Source: Octopus sinensis
Taxonomy: Eukaryota
Direction of reading: 5' to 3'
NCBI RefSeq assembly: GCF_006345805.1
Contig: NC_043020.1
Span: 15,872,001 to 15,936,000, forward strand
DNA: 64,000 bases
Position numbers and translations under genes: made by a program. Shown one piece after another: positions 63,485 through 64,000 of this stretch. The stretch's first letter is position 1, and every line of letters begins with the position of its first letter. The notes under the pieces were generated by a model. That model was not told the DNA's origin. It did no database searches and saw only the letters and a list, made by a program, of their open reading frames with translations.

Positions 63485-63681
63485 TATAAAAGATAAAGAT
63501 AGTTATAGCTGGTCTTTGTGGTTACCCTGGATTTCATGTCCATAAAACTAAGCGCTTTTCTGAATGTGAAACCCAAGGTAACCCCATAGACTGACCATAA
63601 CTATCTTTGTCTAACTACTCTACTGCTTTATAACTTAGAGTGTGCTTCTCTTTCAGATTTATGATTACTGACTATATATAA

Positions 63682-63716
<35 letters not shown>

Positions 63717-64000
63717 CATATGAGAGAAAGAGAAAGAAAATGAAATTCATAAGATTCTTTATTGATCACTTAATTACTACGATCATTTCAACCCTTTATG
63801 CATTAGTCCCTTGCAGGTGAGATTCTGTCCAAATAGTTGTGGTGCATTTCTTGGTACAGATATGCCTTGTGAGGTGACTTGTCAAAAGGTACCTTGTTCT
63901 TTAGTGTCTGTTTTGCTTATTTAAACTGGAATACAATTTGGCATTTGCCCATAGCTTCTTGCATACAACAGAAAGTAGGAGTTAGAATGAAGAACAGTTC

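Overview
AT-rich eukaryotic animal DNA that is mostly repeats. The tRNA-headed SINE families, microsatellite density and MITE types resemble those of Octopus or another coleoid cephalopod; this is inference from recalled repeat families, not a search. Almost every entry in the ORF track is a microsatellite artefact. Repeat content: at least four SINE families, fragments of RTE and R4/Dong-type LINEs, a decayed Tc1/mariner transposase, hAT, mariner and piggyBac-type (TTAA) MITEs, Helitron-like elements, and Penelope-like fragments carrying minimal hammerhead ribozymes. There is also a near-perfect palindrome with ~190-bp arms, and five longer tandem arrays, four of which grew out of dispersed repeats. 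Between the repeats I could assemble by hand a phase-consistent chain of short minus-strand exons (0.3-23 kb) and a second minus-strand group (36.9-58 kb); I could not identify either protein. The most striking observation is three positions in these minus-strand exons that carry A where G is needed: an in-frame TAG (Trp if TGG), an ATAAGT donor and an AA acceptor. A-to-I editing would repair all three, which is notable given the heavy ADAR editing in cephalopods. Canonical alternative explanations exist for each site, so this is a testable hypothesis, not an established fact.
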